Notes: generated from the letters alone by a model not told the origin. A stretch of 64,000 nt of DNA from Paludibacteraceae bacterium (GCA_036307765.1 JAXJWX010000091.1:10472-74471); one strand, 5' to 3'; shown: positions 27,212-36,604, numbered from the stretch's first letter. Numbers and translations are program-made.

Positions 27212-28540
27212 ATGATGAATCAATCTAATTTGATTACCGAGAAGCAAGACCTTCTCATCACCCCAAACCTCCAACCTAACCAACTACCAAACCTACTTGA
27301 GCAAGCTGTTGCTGTCGCACCCGTTGGTGAGACACGCGACATGCTGCTGCTCTCCTTACTCACCAATTGCGGCTATGCTCTGCCTGCCATGCGTATGCTC
27401 CACGGTCGCCCTCATCACACCTACAGTCCCGAGCTGCTGACCATGATTGTCGCCCCTGCTGCCTCGGGCAAAGGTATCATGAACTACGGACGCCTGCTCT
27501 TGCAAGCCATTGAGGGAAGCACCCCACGAGATCACGCATCTCGTCGGGGACCCCGCTGCAACCACGGCAAGCAGGTGTATATCCCTGCCAACTCGTCCGC
27601 CTCAGCCCTCATTAAGGTCATGGACGAGTATGACGGACGCGGTATTGTCTTTGCCACGGAGATGGACACCCTCACTCAGACACTCCGTGCCGCCTATGGT
27701 CATTTTGGCGACCTTGTTCGTTGTATCTTCGAGCACGAGACCGTTAGCCAACTCCGCCGCCAAAACAACGAGTTCATCGAGATTCGCAACCCGCGTATTG
27801 CTATGCTCCTCTCTGGTACGCCCAACCAAGTAGCACCATTGCTCCGCAATCGCGAGAATGGACTGATGTCCCGCTTTAGCTGCTATGTAGTCAATAGCCG
27901 TATGGACTTTGATGATCATGTGTGGGACGTAGAGGAAGAGGGCAATACGCCGAGCGAAGCCGTTCTCTATGACCGCCTTGCGACGGAATTGGGCGACCGC
28001 TACTTGTGGATGGAGACGGCAGGACACGAGTGTTATTTCTACCTCACAGACGCGCAACTCAAGACCATCAAACGTATGTTCCGCAGCGAGTATGACACTT
28101 ATAGCCAGGAGTTTGGCGACTTGTTCGATGCTTCACTCAAGCGTATGCCTGTCATTATGAAGCGTATTGGTATGATCTTGACGGGCTTGCGATTGGATAT
28201 GAAGAAGCCATTGCCTGAGCGCGTGGTTTGCTCGGAGGAGGATTTTCAGACAATGCTACTCATTGGTCACAAACTGCTGATGCACGCGGCGATGGTGTTC
28301 CAAATGATGCCCGAGCTGAAAGCCACTCCTGTGGGTGAGATAGGGGGCAATATGTTGCAAAAGCAGTTCTTCCAAATGCTTCCCACGGACTTCACTAAAC
28401 AAGATGCAGTGAAGCAAGCGGAAGTCCTTGGAGTGAGCGTGAAGACAATTGAAGTTTGGTTGCAGAAATATATACAATCATCAAATATAGAACGAGTTAT
28501 GCACGGCAGTTACCGCAAGGCAATATGTAAAACAGCGTAA
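27212..28540 (+). CDS. DUF3987-like P-loop protein (a family typical of Bacteroidales mobile elements)
   Basis: 442 aa with APAASGKG as a Walker-A-like motif. The assignment is from memory of the family, not from a search. Confidence 0.45.
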   Translation: MMNQSNLITEKQDLLITPNLQPNQLPNLLEQAVAVAPVGETRDMLLLSLLTNCGYALPAMRMLHGRPHHTYSPELLTMIVAPAASGKGIMNYGRLLLQAIEGSTPRDHASRRGPRCNHGKQVYIPANSSASALIKVMDEYDGRGIVFATEMDTLTQTLRAAYGHFGDLVRCIFEHETVSQLRRQNNEFIEIRNPRIAMLLSGTPNQVAPLLRNRENGLMSRFSCYVVNSRMDFDDHVWDVEEEGNTPSEAVLYDRLATELGDRYLWMETAGHECYFYLTDAQLKTIKRMFRSEYDTYSQEFGDLFDASLKRMPVIMKRIGMILTGLRLDMKKPLPERVVCSEEDFQTMLLIGHKLLMHAAMVFQMMPELKATPVGEIGGNMLQKQFFQMLPTDFTKQDAVKQAEVLGVSVKTIEVWLQKYIQSSNIERVMHGSYRKAICKTA

Positions 28541-28794
28541 ATAGGATTTATAGGTTTTTCAGGATTTGCAAAACCTATAAAACCTGAAAAACCTAAAAAA
28601 CCTAACTCATAGTTTGTTCCTCTCTCGGTATCCTCTTTGCCTTCTCCTCCCCTTTCAGGGGGAGGCCGGGAGGGGGGCTTTCTCCTTATCTATACTATGA
28701 CATTACTATGTGATTACTATGATATTACTATGTTCTTCAAAGCACTTCATAGTAGAATCATGCCTTTAACCTTTAAACTCTAACCTTTCAAATT

Positions 28795-29205
28795 ATGGCA
28801 GAATACAAAACCATTGCGCCCGTCGATTATGTAACGGGCAAACTCAACAAAAAAGACAAAACAGTCTTTCGTCAAAAATTCGCACGCGACTCCAATGGCG
28901 CGGTCATCCGTCCCATGAAGAAGGAGGTGTTTGTCGTTCAGAACCCACGCGACTGGAAGAAAAAGCCAGCCAAGGGCGCGGAAAAGGTGAAGCAAGACCG
29001 CTGGGCAGAAGCTTGTGCGAAGACCAAAGCTATTTTGGACGACCCTGAACAACGCGCTCTGTGGCAGCAGCGTTGGCAAGCGCAACTCAAAAAGGCAGAA
29101 CCTGATGCGCCGATGGATCCACACATAGGCAAGCGCAAGATTTACATCAAGTTTGACTGCTATGTCCGTTCGAAAATATGGCGTGAGCTGTGCTCCACCC
29201 CGTAA
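28795..29205 (+). CDS. Hypothetical basic protein
   Basis: A 136-aa Lys/Arg-rich ORF followed by a clean terminator. Confidence 0.45.
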   Translation: MAEYKTIAPVDYVTGKLNKKDKTVFRQKFARDSNGAVIRPMKKEVFVVQNPRDWKKKPAKGAEKVKQDRWAEACAKTKAILDDPEQRALWQQRWQAQLKKAEPDAPMDPHIGKRKIYIKFDCYVRSKIWRELCSTP

Positions 29206-29225
29206 GACGACTGCTACTCAGTATG

Positions 29226-29261
29226 AAGAGGATGTGTCTAACCCGACACATCCTCTTTTTA
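29226..29261 (+). terminator. Rho-independent terminator
   Basis: aagaggatgtgtc (29226-29238) pairs with gacacatcctctt (29245-29257), followed by a T-run. Confidence 0.7.
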
Positions 29262-29461
29262 TTGCGAAAATCTATGCAAATGACTTTAATATCTCCGTTA
29301 GCATGTGTACATAATAAAATGGTATGCTTAATAGACGATTTTATTTTCCGCACAAGGTACTCAAAATCTTTGAATTACGCAAATATTTTATTAAATAATT
29401 GTTTCAAAACACAAGTAAAATTTGCTTATTCTTGTTTCAAAACACAGGTATAGCCATTGTA

Positions 29462-30226
29462 TTAGACAAGTTCTTGCAACTCCATAATATCTAATAACGT
29501 GTAGTTGACTCCATCTATATGTGACTGCCAACATTGATGAAAATGACCATAGTACCAATGCCTCAACGGATGATTACCACGCAGCAAATGTGCATAAATA
29601 TCATCCAGCGTTTGGCGTTCTTGGGTAGTATCATTCCATAGTGCCGAATCTTTCAAGCACCATGTAGATAAACCTCGCTTGGTCTGCAATTCGCAGAAGG
29701 AAGGTGCCGTATGCGATACAACTGTATCTATTTTTATACCCTGCTCTACAAGAAAATCCAAAGCCATCGGATTATATATTGGTGCTTCATCCGTCCAATA
29801 TGCTTCGCGTTCGGGACATGCCTCCATCCATTGCAAACGCACACTACGATCAATAGAGATCGCCCCACCTACACAGAGGATATTATGATTGCATGCTTGC
29901 AAAAGGGTATAGTCAGGAACCGTTTGCCAACGCTCGTGTGTAATGCGTTTGTTGTCATTGAAATATGCAGGATTATCGTGGTTGCCTCGCAACATAACAA
30001 TCCAAAGATTATCGGCACAAAGGTAGTGTCCGATTTTCTGGTAGATGTTTTCGTAGTATTCAGGAACTTCAAAACCAAAGCCACAGTCGCCAGCTACAAT
30101 TATCAATGCATCGTGAATACCATACGTAACACGAAGTTTTTCAACAAGTGCAACAAATTCACCATGTATGTCACCACACACAACAATGGATTGTGCATCT
30201 GGGAAGGATAAAATAGGCGCAATCAT
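29462..30226 (-). CDS. PPP-family/calcineurin-like metallophosphoesterase (Ser/Thr phosphatase-like)
   Basis: 254 aa with VVCGDIHGEF (GDxHG), VAGDCGFG (a degenerate GDxxDRG) and RGNHD (GNHE-like). Confidence 0.7.
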   Translation of the reverse strand: MIAPILSFPDAQSIVVCGDIHGEFVALVEKLRVTYGIHDALIIVAGDCGFGFEVPEYYENIYQKIGHYLCADNLWIVMLRGNHDNPAYFNDNKRITHERWQTVPDYTLLQACNHNILCVGGAISIDRSVRLQWMEACPEREAYWTDEAPIYNPMALDFLVEQGIKIDTVVSHTAPSFCELQTKRGLSTWCLKDSALWNDTTQERQTLDDIYAHLLRGNHPLRHWYYGHFHQCWQSHIDGVNYTLLDIMELQELV

Positions 30227-30238
30227 TCTTCAACTTAT

Positions 30239-30799
30239 TTAATGCATATCATCATCACCCACAAAATCTTCATAGGACAATTTTACAAAATCTTTGAATA
30301 GTGTTTTCAGTGATCGATAACGATACTTTCTTTGAAGGTGCAATCCCTTCTTTAAAAGTCCATGCAAAGCGGGAGGAATGGAAGTTAAGTCTAAATGTCC
30401 TTCTTGACGTTTTTTCGACATATATTCTGCCCATTGCCCAGGTTCAAGCATATCCTCTGGCATCGCCCCAATATATGGTAATTCATCCGTAAGTATCTCA
30501 TACAAAATGGCACACAAGGCAAAAACAGAACAAGGAGCATCCCAGGCATGTCCATTGATATATTCTGGAGGATAATAAGGCTCAGCGGTATGAGGAGGAG
30601 GAAAGGATAATACTGATAACTGCTTTAGTTCGATATCCCAATCATCATTCATTTCAATGTATTCAGGACATACCCCTTCAAGAATAGTATCAGCTTCTGG
30701 GCATTTAGATAAATCTTCGGTCAATGCTCCGAAAATCACATAACCAATATACGGTGGCAGTGGTGCCTGTGTTTCAAAAAGAATTTGTAAATTTGTCAT
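30239..30799 (-). CDS. Stand-alone protein-kinase C-lobe-like protein (no N-lobe or catalytic loop)
   Basis: 186 aa. PYYPPEYINGHAWDAPCSVFALCAILYEILTDELPY aligns to the APE-to-alphaF region of Hanks kinases. No GxGxxG, VAIK, HRD or DFG motifs are present. Confidence 0.4.
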   Translation of the reverse strand: MTNLQILFETQAPLPPYIGYVIFGALTEDLSKCPEADTILEGVCPEYIEMNDDWDIELKQLSVLSFPPPHTAEPYYPPEYINGHAWDAPCSVFALCAILYEILTDELPYIGAMPEDMLEPGQWAEYMSKKRQEGHLDLTSIPPALHGLLKKGLHLQRKYRYRSLKTLFKDFVKLSYEDFVGDDDMH

Positions 30800-30832
30800 G
30801 GGGTGGATATGTTTTAAAATGTCAACAATTGA

Positions 30833-31240
30833 TTAAGTATTTTTCTCTAAATAACCTGCAAGTAGGAGAATCGTTAAACCACTCTCAACACCCTCTTTAG
30901 TACTAATTCCATATAATACACAAGCATTAGGGATTAGGTCATTCATCAAGTGCATCATCATATTCGTGCCCTGTGATACGATATCTTCAGAATAGTTACC
31001 ATTGCAGGTGATGTGTAAAATAATTTCTTCGATACCCTCTGTTCCCATCTCGTTTATCAGTTGTGATAGTTTATCGAAGCTTTCTATTGTTAGTGAGGGA
31101 GTCTCTAACTTCGCTGCCTTGATGTAATCCGAAGCGCTTTTAAGATTGGCATAGTCCGCCAAATCCACCGAAAAAATTGGATTGTTTGCATACGCCTCCT
31201 CTGCGAGACGCTCAATAGTAGTAAGATCTGTAATAATCAT
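30833..31240 (-). CDS. Small protein resembling the FtsZ/tubulin C-terminal domain
   Basis: 135 aa. GIEEIILHITCNGNYSEDIV...NACVLYGISTKEGVESGLTILLLAGY follows the pattern of FtsZ GARGVLVNITAG...VVIGTS...LRVTVVATG. This is a by-eye similarity only. Confidence 0.3.
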   Translation of the reverse strand: MIITDLTTIERLAEEAYANNPIFSVDLADYANLKSASDYIKAAKLETPSLTIESFDKLSQLINEMGTEGIEEIILHITCNGNYSEDIVSQGTNMMMHLMNDLIPNACVLYGISTKEGVESGLTILLLAGYLEKNT

Positions 31241-31270
31241 AGTTGTACGATAGGAGTTTATTAAGCTCTG

Positions 31271-31858
31271 TTATTCTGATGCATATGGCAAATCAGCTAT
31301 CCCCTTTATATATTTTGCGGGTATGTAATCTGTTTGCCAAACATCGTTGGTGATTTTGTAGAAAACATATCCATCTGCTGCCATTGCTGCACTGTTGATT
31401 TCGAGTACTTCTGGCATATTCTGGTATCCTCCTAAGAAGTAAGCCTTTCCATAGATTGGAGATAAATGAAGTCTTGTGTGGTTCATCGGTTTTATACCTT
31501 CTTTAAAAATGAGGGGCAAACTGTTCTCTACTATTCCATAATATAGCACATTAGGAGGGGGCATTGGAATTGCGTCACTCTCTATTTTGATAGAGTGTCC
31601 ATATAAGGCGCGCACCTTCGTCTTGTCATCCGAGAAAATAAATCGCCCGTCGTCATCAAACAAGACAAGTGCGCTGATGACACATTCTTTATAGCCAGAT
31701 TCTTTACATAGTACATCAACTGACACCCAACCATATTTATCTGGTAAATTGGAATGTTGAAGCAGATAGGCAAGGCGTTTAGATTGAGCAGGAAATTCTG
31801 GAGTGAAAGCATTAGGTGGTAATTCAGACTCAGGTGAAACAATATTTGGAGGTAACAT
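31271..31858 (-). CDS. KptA/Tpt1-family RNA 2'-phosphotransferase-like protein
   Basis: 195 aa. It aligns with E. coli KptA in four blocks: SKRLAYLLQH, GRFIFS..VRALYGHS, PPNVLYYG and TRLHLS. The first catalytic Arg (LRH) is Gln here. Confidence 0.7.
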   Translation of the reverse strand: MLPPNIVSPESELPPNAFTPEFPAQSKRLAYLLQHSNLPDKYGWVSVDVLCKESGYKECVISALVLFDDDGRFIFSDDKTKVRALYGHSIKIESDAIPMPPPNVLYYGIVENSLPLIFKEGIKPMNHTRLHLSPIYGKAYFLGGYQNMPEVLEINSAAMAADGYVFYKITNDVWQTDYIPAKYIKGIADLPYASE

Positions 31859-31930
31859 AATTAATAAGTATTTGTTTTTTATTTCATCTCGTTTTTAATC
31901 AATTAAGATGTTAAATAGCATAGATAATAG

Positions 31931-32896
31931 CTATAAATTAATTATGAGTATAATTATTCCAACTATAATTGCTAAAATTACTAATACCCCAAAACATCCA
32001 ATATCATTATCGTTGTCATTATTCTGAGTAGGTGGAGGTGAAGGAGGAAGTGGAGTCGATGTGGGATGGCTTTTGACTGGGATTGGAGTATCCCTTTTTT
32101 GAATCATTGACTTTACTTTAGGTGTTAAATTAGGATTTCTCTTCAAAGCCATATAGACAGATATCGCAGAGTCATGAAAACATCTTAACATTACCTCTTC
32201 ACGATATGTTTCTGCAGCTACTTTTACACGAACTTTACATGCAACTTTCTTTTTTTGCAACATATCATCTTCAAAGGGCTTTAACAAATCTTCTATTTTT
32301 TGACGTTCTTCTGCAATTTTCCTCTGTCTTTCTCTTTCTGCTGCTATTCTCTTCTGTGCGGTTTCTTGCGCTGCACGAATTCGTTCCTCTTCGGCTTTTC
32401 TTTTGGCTTCTTGTTCTGCGGGTATGGTTACTGTTTCAAAATAGTGTGATTGAGATTTTGAAATAAATTGCGCATTTCGATAGTACGCGGTATTATCTGA
32501 GAATGGAGGCGTAGATGGGAATTTGAACCATTGGTTCTGTATTAACTGACGCTTTAGATCCAAGTGTTGACGCTTTAGAAGTTCAACATCCTCGTAATTA
32601 TATGGTTTGTCATATAAGTTGCTATCATCTTCATAATCAGACCATGCACGCTGACATTTGCCTTTTTCTAATTTTATGGCATGTTCTAATTGTTCTAACT
32701 TAACTTGATCTGCTTTTCTTTTTTGGTCAAAGGCATCCTTATCACGTAAAACTTGTGCCCGTTGTTGGTGCCCTTGTACAGCTTTCATTTCCGCCAAGTT
32801 CAATTCATCTCTCCAGCAGTCTTTACACAATATTCTCCCATCTGACATTCGATAATACTCATCGAATCTTTGGTGGCATCTTTGACATTGAAGCAT
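31931..32896 (-). CDS. Tail-anchored coiled-coil protein with an N-terminal zinc ribbon
   Basis: 321 aa with CQRC...CKDC at the N-terminus, a long K/E/R/Q-rich helix, a Pro-rich linker, and the C-terminal TM helix GCFGVLVILAIIVGIIILII. Confidence 0.6.
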   Translation of the reverse strand: MLQCQRCHQRFDEYYRMSDGRILCKDCWRDELNLAEMKAVQGHQQRAQVLRDKDAFDQKRKADQVKLEQLEHAIKLEKGKCQRAWSDYEDDSNLYDKPYNYEDVELLKRQHLDLKRQLIQNQWFKFPSTPPFSDNTAYYRNAQFISKSQSHYFETVTIPAEQEAKRKAEEERIRAAQETAQKRIAAERERQRKIAEERQKIEDLLKPFEDDMLQKKKVACKVRVKVAAETYREEVMLRCFHDSAISVYMALKRNPNLTPKVKSMIQKRDTPIPVKSHPTSTPLPPSPPPTQNNDNDNDIGCFGVLVILAIIVGIIILIINL

Positions 32897-32956
32897 AATG
32901 TATAAGTGTTTATTATTGTTCTATTAAAATCGTTATAATTATTACAACTTATAAAA

Positions 32957-33661
32957 TTAAAGCAAGAAAAATTGAATATACATTAAAATAGCCATTATAA
33001 TTCCTAAAACAATTAAAAACCTTATTTCTTTTTTTGATTGTTTTTCTATCTCTTCCATGTCCTTTTGCACTTGCTTTAAGTATTCCACATGTTCTCTATC
33101 TTTTCTTTCTTGTTCTTCTTTCTCTCTAGATTCTTCTGCCTTTTTTCTTTGTCTTTCATGTTCTGCAATTTTTCTCTGTCTTTCTAGCTCTTCCGCTATT
33201 CTCTTCTGCTCGGCTTCTTGCGCTGCACGACGGCGTTCTTCTTCAGCTTTTCTTTGTGCTTCTTGTTTTTTTTGTTTCCATTTTAAAAATTCTGGATCTG
33301 TTGCTTTTTTGAATTCTAGCCATTCTTGATATTCTGGATCAAGAACTTGTCTTGTAGGCTGTGGAAATGGAGGACGAAAAGGTTGTTATTTATCTCTTCT
33401 ATTTTTTTCTTCAGTAGCTTTCCTTAGTGCTTCAAGTTCGTCGGCAGCTCGTTTCTGTTCATCAGCAGCACGTTTTTGCTCACGAAAGGTATTCGCTTGA
33501 TCATCTAGTGATTGTAGGTGGTTATAATATGCGTCCGCCAAATCCTCTTCTTCTCTCCACTTGAATTTCTTTCGACATGAATAGTCATCTCTACAAATTT
33601 CAACATATTCATATTGACGACTCCATGTTCCCTCTATAAATTCTTTTCTAGCCATATTCAA
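32957..33661 (-). pseudogene. Paralog of the coiled-coil tail-anchored gene, interrupted by one in-frame TAA (33386-33388)
   Basis: The 91-aa ORF (33386-33661) continues in the same frame for another 142 codons with no ATG. That extension ends in a K/E-rich helix and the TM tail FLIVLGIIMAILMYIQFFLL. The DNA is similar to 32330-32410. Confidence 0.6.
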
Positions 33662-33783
33662 GTTAATCTTAAAATTATCTTAAATTATTAGGATATCCCA
33701 TCCCTGAGTATCCATTATTTCAAAAAACACTACCTATCATAAATGGAATCGTACTGATTGTCAATAACAGATGTGCTTTTTGA

Positions 33784-34524
33784 TTACTCATTTATACTAA
33801 AAAATGTATTTATTAATATTTTTCTTTTGTCAATATCGTCATTATATATCCATTCGTAGTTTTTAATCGCATCAGAGATACAAAATATAAAAGCAACATC
33901 AACTCCACGATAATTTGCTATTGAGGATAAAGCCGAGGACTCCATATCAATGCACTCGATTCCTTGACATTCTAAATGATGTATTAACATTGGAGTTTCC
34001 ATAAACAACGCCTCTGTAGTATAGCAATTTACCATATCTATTTTATAATTTCTTAATTTATTTTTTACATAATAATTCAAAGTCATTGATGTGGCTACAT
34101 TCAGTATACATTTTCCTATGTAAAACTGAGAAACACCTTCTCCAATAAAAGTATTTTTAAGCAATACAATGTCCCCTATGGCATAGCGACCAAGACTACA
34201 TGCATAACCATAAAATACAAACTCCGTAAATCCCAAATAAATCAAACAATCAAAATCTATCGCTGCTAATGCTGCTCCATTTCTTATAATAGCCAAAAAT
34301 ACTGGATTATTCTTATTATCTAATAAAAGAGAGAATATTTTAAACGATTTAACATCAACGACCAATGTTATATCATAGTCATTAAAATACTTTAAATAAC
34401 TACTATTAAAAAACACATGACATAAACCTGAAAATTGTTTGATGTTCTTTTCAAAACCACGACCTCTAAGATAATTTGTGGGGCATATGATGGGATTGTT
34501 ATTGCTTATTTGTTTTGAATACAT
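33784..34524 (-). CDS. Nucleoside phosphorylase superfamily protein, MTA/SAH (5'-dAdo) nucleosidase-like
   Basis: 246 aa. The DMESSAL and CISDA motifs correspond to the MtnN EMEAAA and ISDxAD blocks. It overlaps the upstream rSAM gene by 19 nt. Confidence 0.6.
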   Translation of the reverse strand: MYSKQISNNNPIICPTNYLRGRGFEKNIKQFSGLCHVFFNSSYLKYFNDYDITLVVDVKSFKIFSLLLDNKNNPVFLAIIRNGAALAAIDFDCLIYLGFTEFVFYGYACSLGRYAIGDIVLLKNTFIGEGVSQFYIGKCILNVATSMTLNYYVKNKLRNYKIDMVNCYTTEALFMETPMLIHHLECQGIECIDMESSALSSIANYRGVDVAFIFCISDAIKNYEWIYNDDIDKRKILINTFFSINE

Positions 34525-35708
34525 AATGGAGATATTTTATCTTTTGTTTGATCAACAATGGCGGCACACCAAAATTGGCACTTATCACACCGAGAACAAT
34601 TTGATTTTATTGCTTTTAAAGATTGTACAATCTTTGTATAAGTTAGACTATCTAGCAGTTCTCGTATGGAGTGATTGGTTAGATTTCCTATGTGCCACTT
34701 CTCTTGATACAATAGGGGACAAGGGGTAACCATTAATTCACTATTGATATATAATTGTCCAATTGCTGCATTACAATTAACTCCTCTAATATTAGCACGT
34801 GTGGTAATGTTCCTTTTCAATATGCTTTCATTAATTTTCTTTTGCACCAATCTTAGTTTATCATGAGTGAATTGTATATGCGAATAAGGTACAACAGGTG
34901 ATACTTCGAATTTAAAGTGCAAATCTTCACATACTATTTTATGTACTTTATCAATATCCTTGTAATTGATATCGTCAATTGTCATTGATACTTGCACATC
35001 AGCCCCTTTTAGCAATTCCAAAGCTTTTAAAGTTCGTCTAAAAGTTCCACAACCTCTTCTATAATCATGAGACTCTTCAATGCCATCTAAACTAATTCTA
35101 TAACAATCTACATATCTTTTTATTTCGGTAATATTAGTTATGTTTATTAATGTAGCATTAGTAAATAATTTCACATAAAACCCATATAATTTGGCTAATT
35201 TTATAATCTCAATAAAATTATTATGTACTATGGGCTCTCCCCCACTTATTTCTAATGATAAGATTCCTATATTGGCTAAATCTTTCAATATTACGTCATA
35301 TTTTTCGAACGGCACAAATTTCGGCTTAATATTATTGAGGTAACAATGCTGGCAATGTAAATTACAAGATGATGTAATAGCGAAATGAACAGATAATAAT
35401 CTAGTGTCTGTATTGTTAATTGAAGGAACAAATGAATGATCTTGGTTGATTATTGACATATTTTTCATAGTTGCAATAATATCAATAACATCTTGTTCTA
35501 TTTCTCTAGGATCAGTTTCATAAAATGTCTCTTGGAATTCTTTTATTATGTCAATAACTTTTGTCTTTCCATCAAGTTTTGACCAAACCTCAAAAAATGT
35601 ATAATTTCCCTCATACACTTCGCCATTATAATCAAGGACAATCAAAGTTCCGTTCGAATTATAATTGCTAATACGGCTCCTTGAATAATATTCGTTTAAC
35701 ATTAGCAC
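34506..35708 (-). CDS. Radical SAM peptide maturase with an N-terminal PqqD-like RRE and a C-terminal SPASM-like domain
   Basis: 400 aa. The N-terminus FFEVWSKLDGKTKVIDIIKEFQETF...VIDIIATMKNMSII is PqqD-like. CNLHCQHC is a CX3CX2C motif and SGGEP is present. C-terminal Cys clusters are CNAAIG..TPCP..CSRCDKCQFWC. Confidence 0.8.
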   Translation of the reverse strand: MLMLNEYYSRSRISNYNSNGTLIVLDYNGEVYEGNYTFFEVWSKLDGKTKVIDIIKEFQETFYETDPREIEQDVIDIIATMKNMSIINQDHSFVPSINNTDTRLLSVHFAITSSCNLHCQHCYLNNIKPKFVPFEKYDVILKDLANIGILSLEISGGEPIVHNNFIEIIKLAKLYGFYVKLFTNATLINITNITEIKRYVDCYRISLDGIEESHDYRRGCGTFRRTLKALELLKGADVQVSMTIDDINYKDIDKVHKIVCEDLHFKFEVSPVVPYSHIQFTHDKLRLVQKKINESILKRNITTRANIRGVNCNAAIGQLYINSELMVTPCPLLYQEKWHIGNLTNHSIRELLDSLTYTKIVQSLKAIKSNCSRCDKCQFWCAAIVDQTKDKISPLCIQNK

Positions 35709-35764
35709 TTTTAATATTGGTTACAAAATCAAATTCTCAAAAACTTTATAGAGTGTAATCATTG

Positions 35765-36586
35765 CTATATCTTAACCCATTCGTTTATTTCTTTTGTTGA
35801 AATATGCCAATCTATGATTTCGCTATCTTGTGGATTACAATATTTGCAAAAGGGGTGTGGTCTATTTAGTTTCTTTAATATATTTCCCATATCCTCTTCT
35901 TGATATATGTCATTATAATCTTTGTCTGTATATTCTAGTGGTAAATTGAAATGTTTGGCCAAATGTATACTATGTGCCGTAATATCACAAGTATATAATT
36001 TTCCTTCAAATAAATTTACACTTGCATTTGCATGAGTACAATGATACCAACTTCTAATACACATTTGCTTTCCACTTATATCCATTTTAAAATTTCGAAA
36101 TTTTTTTATACCAGTATCTATATCTATTTTAACAGTGACATTATTTTTTGTTGCTAATTTATAAATTAAAGTATAATCAAGATTTATCGGATAGTAACTT
36201 ACGATTATATCAATATGAAATTTGGCACATACTTCCCAAAATTTTTCATTCATGTCTGGCAACAATAAGCCATTAGTATGAATTGCGATTTCGTATTGAG
36301 GGAAGTTTAATCTTGCGATTTCCATAAATTCAATAATCTGAGGATGTAACAAAGGCTCGCCCCCCATTAATCTTATACGTCTAATATTCCCTTTGCTTAA
36401 AAAAGCTAATCTCTTAATGTCATTTTGAAAAATTTCTTTAGACATAAAATATTTTTCTGCCAATGGCGCAAAATGACAACAACATGCACAATTTAAATTA
36501 CAATGATTCGTTAGATGTATCTCCAAATAATCTAACGCTACTTTATTTCTATTCTTTTCCAATAAAATATCTAAGATCATGCGCAA
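35765..36586 (-). CDS. Radical SAM protein (small, MoaA/NifB/PqqE-like core)
   Basis: 273 aa with HLTNHCNLNCACC (CX3CX2C), MGGEPLLHP, and the C-terminal pair CKYC. Confidence 0.75.
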   Translation of the reverse strand: MRMILDILLEKNRNKVALDYLEIHLTNHCNLNCACCCHFAPLAEKYFMSKEIFQNDIKRLAFLSKGNIRRIRLMGGEPLLHPQIIEFMEIARLNFPQYEIAIHTNGLLLPDMNEKFWEVCAKFHIDIIVSYYPINLDYTLIYKLATKNNVTVKIDIDTGIKKFRNFKMDISGKQMCIRSWYHCTHANASVNLFEGKLYTCDITAHSIHLAKHFNLPLEYTDKDYNDIYQEEDMGNILKKLNRPHPFCKYCNPQDSEIIDWHISTKEINEWVKI

Positions 36587-36604
36587 AATTATTTTAAAAT
36601 CAAA

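Noticed and set aside
33057-33329. 90-aa Ser/Cys/Phe-rich plus-strand ORF
   Set aside because: It is the mirror image of the K/E/R-rich coiled-coil coding frame on the minus strand. Its composition is exactly the complement artefact.
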